DNA from: an uncultured Cellvibrionaceae bacterium
GTDB lineage: Bacteria > Pseudomonadota > Gammaproteobacteria > Pseudomonadales > Cellvibrionaceae
Length of the DNA: 64,000 nt
Direction of reading: 5' to 3'
Assembly (NCBI GenBank): GCA_964448175.1
Contig: CAYUVQ010000002.1
Span: forward strand, 80,111-144,110
Within the stretch, counting starts at the first letter, position 1, and each line of letters begins with the position of its first letter. A program made the translations under genes and the position numbers. Under the pieces are notes generated by a model. The model was not told the origin of the DNA and made no database searches. It saw only the letters and a program-made list of their open reading frames with translations. Of the stretch, positions 58,883 to 64,000 are shown in pieces.

Positions 58883-61800
58883 ATGAAAACTTATCCCTTA
58901 CTTCGCTCAACCTTGTTATTACCCCTGATGCTCGCCGCTTGTGCGCCCGAAACCCCTGAACCCCCTCCCGCTGCCACATCGACCAGCAGTTCCAGTGCGA
59001 AGCCTGCGCTCGAAGTTCGTCAGGTTACAGATGCCGAAGCAGAAAAGGCGGCGGCGACCATCTCCCGTCAGGTAAATCTGGTGGCGGCAGACGGGCTGGA
59101 TGTCCAGCTTTGGGCGTCCGAAAAATTGCTGGGTGATCCGGTTGCTATCAGCGTGGATAACCAGGGCAGAGTCTGGGTAACCGTTACCAATCGCAGCAAC
59201 AATTCCGAATTCGACATTCGCGGCTACCCGCACTGGGAGTTTCCGTCGGTGGCCTTCCGTTCCGTTGAGGATCGTCGCCAGTTCCTGCATCGCGAGCTCG
59301 CCCCTGAAAAGAGTCAACAGAACACCTGGCTTATTGATCGCAACAAAGATGGCTCTCATGACTGGCGCGACCTCGCTGTAGAAAAAGAAGAAGTTTTACT
59401 GGTAGAAGACCGCACTGGCGACGGCCGTGCAGATCGCGCGCAGGTATTCCTGCGCGATTTCGGCGATGAAGTCACCGACGTCCTGGGCGGCATTGAATAC
59501 GACAACCAGCGTGACGAAGTCTTTCTTGCCGTTGGTCCCGGCTCCTGGCGCGCCAAAGACACCGATGGCGACGGTGCGGCAGACATTGTGACGCCCCTGG
59601 CCGACGGCTTTGCGATCCATATCGGCTTCAGTGGCCACGGGATGTCAGGCATGACCATGGGTCCAGACGGCCGGATTTACTACAGCATCGGTGACATCGG
59701 AATGAGCACCACCGACGCCAGCGGCAAACAATGGCATTACCCCGACCAGGGTGTCATTGTGCGCAGCGAGCCGGATGGTTCTAACTTCGAGGTCTTCGCC
59801 CACGGCCTGCGCAACACTCACGAATTCGTCTTCGACAAATATGGCAACCTGATTACCGTGGACAACGATGGCGATCACGAAGGCGAATTCGAGCGCCTCG
59901 CCTACCTGATCGACGGTTCCGACAGCGGCTGGCGGATCAACTGGCAGCTGGGTAAATACAAAGATCCAAAGAACAACACGTATAAGGTGTGGATGGACGA
60001 GGATTACTACAAGCCGCATTTCAAGGGGCAGGCCGCGCACCTGTTACCGCCACTGGCACCCTACCATTCTGGGCCGGCAGGTATGGTGTATAACCCCGGC
60101 ACAGGCTTGGGCGAAGAGTGGCAGGATCACTTTTTTGTGGTGGAGTTTGTCGGCTCCGCCCCGCGCTCCGGCATCAATGCCTTCACACTCGAACCCCAGG
60201 GAGCTTCGTTCGCTCTCGCCTCGGACAAGCAGGTCTTTCGTGGCGTCCAGGGCACCGGGCTGGATTTTGGTCCGGACGGCGCGCTGTATATGAGCGACTG
60301 GATTGAAGGCTGGGGCCGCAACGGTAAGGGACGTATCTGGAAACTCGATAAACCGGCGGAAGCCAAGAGTGACCAACGGCAGGATACCCAGGCTCGTCTC
60401 GCCGAGGATTTTACTCCGCACACGCCGGAACAGCTGGTCAACCTGCTCTCGCACCCAGATATGCGTGTCCGCCAAAAAGCCCAGTTCGAACTGGCAGCGC
60501 GCGGGGCAATGCCGGCACTGTTGGCCGCTATTCAGCAACAGGAAAACCAATTGGCGCGCATTCACGGCATGTGGGGTCTGGGTCAACTGGCGCGCCAGGA
60601 CCTTACGCAGGCTGAACCACTGGTTGCACTTTTGAATGATAACGACCCGGAAATCCGCGCTCAGGCGGCCCGTCTGCTGGGGGACCTAGCTTACGCTGAG
60701 GCAACGGCGCCCTTGATCAAAGCCTTAACAGAGGAACACCCACGTACCGTGTTCTTTGCCGCCCAAGCCCTGGGCCGCATCGGCACCACTGATGCCATTG
60801 CTCCGCTGGTTGCCATGCTCGCCCGTAACAATGATCGCGACATCTATCTGCGGCAAGCCGGTGCCATTGCCTTGGGACGCATCGGTGACGAGGCAGCACT
60901 GGCAGCCCTGGCCGATCATCCTTCAGAAGCGGTCCGTATTGCTGCCGTGGTTGCTTTGCGTCGTCAACTCAGTCCATCACTGGAAAAGTTCCTCAATGAC
61001 AAGAGTGAGTTTGTGGTTACTAACGCCGCACGAGCGATCAACGATGATGCCTTTGTCACACCCGCCTTACCGGCTCTGGCCCAGCTGTTAGACCAGACAC
61101 GCTACACCAATGAGCCGCTGATCCGCCGCGCGATCAACGCCAACCTCTATGTGGGCAAAGCTGCTAATGCCCAGCGCCTGATGCAGTTTGCGCAGCGTAC
61201 TCAAGGTGACGGTAAGCTGCGTGCGGAGGCCATCAAGGCGCTGGGCGTCTGGGGCGAAACCTCGGCCTTTGACCGGGTGACCGGACAATACCGCGGTGCC
61301 ATCCACAACAATGCAGATGAAGCGCGTGCAGCCATAAAGCCGGCCTACACATCACTGCTGACCGACCGCGATCCCTCCGTGCGCGAAGCCATGGTTCTTG
61401 CCCTGGGCGATCTGACCTTCACCGACGCACTGGCCCAACTGAGTGAGGTGATGCGCAAGGATGCCAGCAGTAAGGTGCGTATCGCTGCGTTGAATACCCT
61501 GCAAACGCTTCACTACGGCACCATGGGCGATGCCGTCTTTACCGCCATGAATGACAAAGATCAGGATGTCCGCATGGCAGCACTGAACCTGCTGCCCACG
61601 CTGGACCTGCCAGTGAAAGATGTAGTGCAAATGCACAGCATCCTCCTGGACACCGGCAGCGTTGGAGAACAACAGGCAGCGTACATATCTCTGGCCAACG
61701 TCGATGCGCCGGAGGCTCATCAGGTACTGGAGCAGAAAGTACAAGACCTGATAGCCGGCAAGATCGACCCGGCCGTCCAACTGGAAGTCATCACTGCCGC

Positions 61801-62338
61801 TGAAAAGGCCGGTACTGATGTACTGAAAACCCTGCTAGCGGATTACGAACGCCGTAAGGATGCCAATAACCCCTTGGATAAATACCGCGAAGCCTTGTTC
61901 GGCGGTGATGTGCAGGCGGGGCAAAGCCTGTTCCGCTACGACAGTGCGGCTCAGTGTGTACGCTGCCATATGGTTGGCCACCGTGGAACGATGGTGGGGC
62001 CTGTGCTGACCAGCATCGGCAATACACTGACACGCGAGCAATTGCTGGAAGCCATGGTGGCGCCGGGAGCGCGCATAGCACCGGGCTTTGGGCGAATCAC
62101 CGCGGTCATGCCTGATGACACACGCATAGAAGGATTTTTTGAAGCGGAAACCGCCACCCACATCACGCTGGTCGCCGCCGATAAAACCCATACGCTGGCA
62201 AAAGCCGAGATCAGCAAGATCGAACCGGGAGTATCAGGAATGCCACCAATGGGACTGCTGCTGAACCGCGCCCAACTGCGTGATCTGGTGGCTTATCTGG
62301 TTACGCTTAAAGGCGAGGAAGAAATCGAAACCCATTGA
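58883..62338 (+). CDS. PVC-type heme-binding lipoprotein: sugar-dehydrogenase-like propeller + HEAT repeats + c-type cytochrome
   Basis: Lipobox LAAC; DxxGDG loops, GPDG, GLRN, GRIW; HEAT repeats; CVRCH and SGMP. Confidence 0.85.
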   Translation: MKTYPLLRSTLLLPLMLAACAPETPEPPPAATSTSSSSAKPALEVRQVTDAEAEKAAATISRQVNLVAADGLDVQLWASEKLLGDPVAISVDNQGRVWVTVTNRSNNSEFDIRGYPHWEFPSVAFRSVEDRRQFLHRELAPEKSQQNTWLIDRNKDGSHDWRDLAVEKEEVLLVEDRTGDGRADRAQVFLRDFGDEVTDVLGGIEYDNQRDEVFLAVGPGSWRAKDTDGDGAADIVTPLADGFAIHIGFSGHGMSGMTMGPDGRIYYSIGDIGMSTTDASGKQWHYPDQGVIVRSEPDGSNFEVFAHGLRNTHEFVFDKYGNLITVDNDGDHEGEFERLAYLIDGSDSGWRINWQLGKYKDPKNNTYKVWMDEDYYKPHFKGQAAHLLPPLAPYHSGPAGMVYNPGTGLGEEWQDHFFVVEFVGSAPRSGINAFTLEPQGASFALASDKQVFRGVQGTGLDFGPDGALYMSDWIEGWGRNGKGRIWKLDKPAEAKSDQRQDTQARLAEDFTPHTPEQLVNLLSHPDMRVRQKAQFELAARGAMPALLAAIQQQENQLARIHGMWGLGQLARQDLTQAEPLVALLNDNDPEIRAQAARLLGDLAYAEATAPLIKALTEEHPRTVFFAAQALGRIGTTDAIAPLVAMLARNNDRDIYLRQAGAIALGRIGDEAALAALADHPSEAVRIAAVVALRRQLSPSLEKFLNDKSEFVVTNAARAINDDAFVTPALPALAQLLDQTRYTNEPLIRRAINANLYVGKAANAQRLMQFAQRTQGDGKLRAEAIKALGVWGETSAFDRVTGQYRGAIHNNADEARAAIKPAYTSLLTDRDPSVREAMVLALGDLTFTDALAQLSEVMRKDASSKVRIAALNTLQTLHYGTMGDAVFTAMNDKDQDVRMAALNLLPTLDLPVKDVVQMHSILLDTGSVGEQQAAYISLANVDAPEAHQVLEQKVQDLIAGKIDPAVQLEVITAAEKAGTDVLKTLLADYERRKDANNPLDKYREALFGGDVQAGQSLFRYDSAAQCVRCHMVGHRGTMVGPVLTSIGNTLTREQLLEAMVAPGARIAPGFGRITAVMPDDTRIEGFFEAETATHITLVAADKTHTLAKAEISKIEPGVSGMPPMGLLLNRAQLRDLVAYLVTLKGEEEIETH

Positions 62339-62358
62339 TTGCCAGCACTATCGCTGCC

Positions 62359-62390
62359 AAAAAATGCCCGCCCCGTGCGGGCATCTTTTT
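62359..62390. terminator. Bidirectional terminator
   Basis: ATGCCCGC/GCGGGCAT stem flanked by A- and T-tracts. Confidence 0.85.
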
Positions 62391-62399
62391 GTCGCTTGA

Positions 62400-63254
62400 T
62401 CAATAACGACAAGCCTTAGGATCGTGCTTAACGAGGTAGGATTTGTAGTTAAGCGCCTTCTCATCCATACACCCCTCCAGATTCAACATGCGTAACGCGC
62501 GGATGTCGGTGGGGTGCGTCTCGGCCTGAAGTGCGATGTAACCACGTTCCAGCGGCGTACCATCATCCATCTGCATGCCGCTGTACTCCATGACCACTTC
62601 GCCATCAATAATGTGTTGCGCCAGCTGGTTGCCCTCCACCCGCAGCTCCACCGTTACCCATTGATCCCCATGATAGGTTTTGCTGGTGGAGTTAATGCAG
62701 TGGTCTGTGCGCAGCTCACCATCGATAACGACGTGAGTACCGGGCGTGCAAAGATTGGCCGTAGTGCGCGGCGCTTGGCCGTCACCACCGAGCAGCTGGT
62801 ATTCAATGCATGCCGGAAAATCCTGATCAACCCCCATCACCTGCGGCGATTGTGCGTGATACATGATTCCATTATTGCGCCACGCCCAGGCTGGACTACC
62901 ACTGACCTGTTCTCCGACAAAGCGGTATTCCAGCTGCAGGATGTAATGGGAATAGGGGCCGCCGTTGTAAAAGATATGACCGAAGCGGTTCGCGAACTCG
63001 GGGTACTGGTCGTAGCGTGCCTGCATAATGCCGTTTTCTACCCGAAAAGTATTGAAGGCGTTTTCACCGGCCGGATAACCATTGATCTTCACCGTCCAGT
63101 CGTTGAGATCCCGACCATTAAACAGATCGACCCAGACCTGCTCATCGGGATTTTCTCGCGTGGTAGACGCCGCTGGGTCGGTGTTTGCGCAGGCGGTGGT
63201 GAGAACTAGAGCTGCCAGGACGGCCAGATCGGGTAAACGCATGATGCTACTCAC
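62400..63254 (-). CDS. DUF1080 (3-keto-disaccharide hydrolase family) lipoprotein
   Basis: Lipobox TTAC; LFNGRDLNDW, NNGI, EYQL, GYIALQAE. Confidence 0.9.
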   Translation of the reverse strand: MSSIMRLPDLAVLAALVLTTACANTDPAASTTRENPDEQVWVDLFNGRDLNDWTVKINGYPAGENAFNTFRVENGIMQARYDQYPEFANRFGHIFYNGGPYSHYILQLEYRFVGEQVSGSPAWAWRNNGIMYHAQSPQVMGVDQDFPACIEYQLLGGDGQAPRTTANLCTPGTHVVIDGELRTDHCINSTSKTYHGDQWVTVELRVEGNQLAQHIIDGEVVMEYSGMQMDDGTPLERGYIALQAETHPTDIRALRMLNLEGCMDEKALNYKSYLVKHDPKACRY

Positions 63255-63363
63255 TTATAGGTTGTTATTGAGCGATCAAACTTACCGCAAAAGCGCAGCG
63301 GCGTGCAGAGATTTAACAAAAATATACGATAAATATGAACAGTGGTTATTGTGAGACCACCAA

Positions 63364-63777
63364 TCAGCTTTCCAGCCAGACGTCATGTATCCAATGCCAA
63401 ATGGAAGGCCAGGTTTCATCCGTCAGGTCACCATCGCACCACAGAACGACTTCACCGTCTGGTTCTACACAATAGTAATTGCCATTGTCTTCACACAAAG
63501 GCACCAGATAACGGGGAACACCTTCAGACCAGGCCATTGCTGCGACTTCCGGCAGATAAGTGTGGGCATAGGGATCGGCGGCCGTGACGGGCTCGAGGGA
63601 ACCGTAGACCACATCGCTCGCTTCGAGCAAGTACGTGCGCATATCGCGAGGGATGGGTAATAAAATCTGCTCTTCGACTTCGACCAATACATCTTCATCC
63701 GGCAGCTCCAGGGGCACTGGTACTGGCTGGTTGCTGTCTCGCAGCATATCGATGATGTCTTCCGGTTCCATATCCAA
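63364..63777 (-). CDS. SMI1/KNR4 (SUKH) family protein
   Basis: EVEEQILLPIPRD, VVYGSLEP, PLCEDNGNYYC, WIHDVW. Confidence 0.85.
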   Translation of the reverse strand: MDMEPEDIIDMLRDSNQPVPVPLELPDEDVLVEVEEQILLPIPRDMRTYLLEASDVVYGSLEPVTAADPYAHTYLPEVAAMAWSEGVPRYLVPLCEDNGNYYCVEPDGEVVLWCDGDLTDETWPSIWHWIHDVWLES

Positions 63778-64000
63778 ATCTCTTGATCACAAAATAATAA
63801 CGGGATGCTAAACGTCCCTCCGGCGATAAACAAGGGCACTATCTAACGAGCGGCTCGCCCGCCCGTTACTGTTCGGCGGCAGGTTCGGCGGGACCGCTTT
63901 ATCCTCTCCAGACCCAACTCGTAGGCTTTATTCAACTAGCGTCGCCAAATCATTGAACCGCAGCAGAGTTATGTAAATAGCACTAGGGGTATGTAAATAA

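Overview
Gene-dense chromosomal window from a Gammaproteobacterium, most consistent with Cellvibrionaceae (inferred from poly-serine-linker lipoproteins and Pseudomonas-like core gene order). The housekeeping backbone comprises purC-MBL-bamC-dapA-nadA, two tRNA-Lys, queC-queE, corA, lpxL, grxD, argD-argF, argS, dinG, pyrB and miaB-phoH-ybeY-corC-lnt. I saw no integrase, transposase, CRISPR array or rRNA. The most unusual elements are: (1) an orphan phage-repressor-like XRE gene with three TGCG-N5-CGCA operator-like sites, divergent from an intact but degenerate Aer-like chemoreceptor that precedes a BaeSR-like pair; (2) a 1151-aa propeller/HEAT/cytochrome-c lipoprotein next to a DUF1080 lipoprotein, plus a distant PqqU/YncD-like TonB receptor, a candidate periplasmic glycoside-oxidation system; (3) a tandem pair of distant uncharacterised paralogs; (4) a half-size OprB-like barrel; (5) a SutA-like RNA polymerase-binding candidate; (6) a divergent GlpK/GlpD pair; (7) a periplasmic Lig E ligase; and several structured intergenic elements. 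All calls come from motif recognition by eye; no database searches were run.
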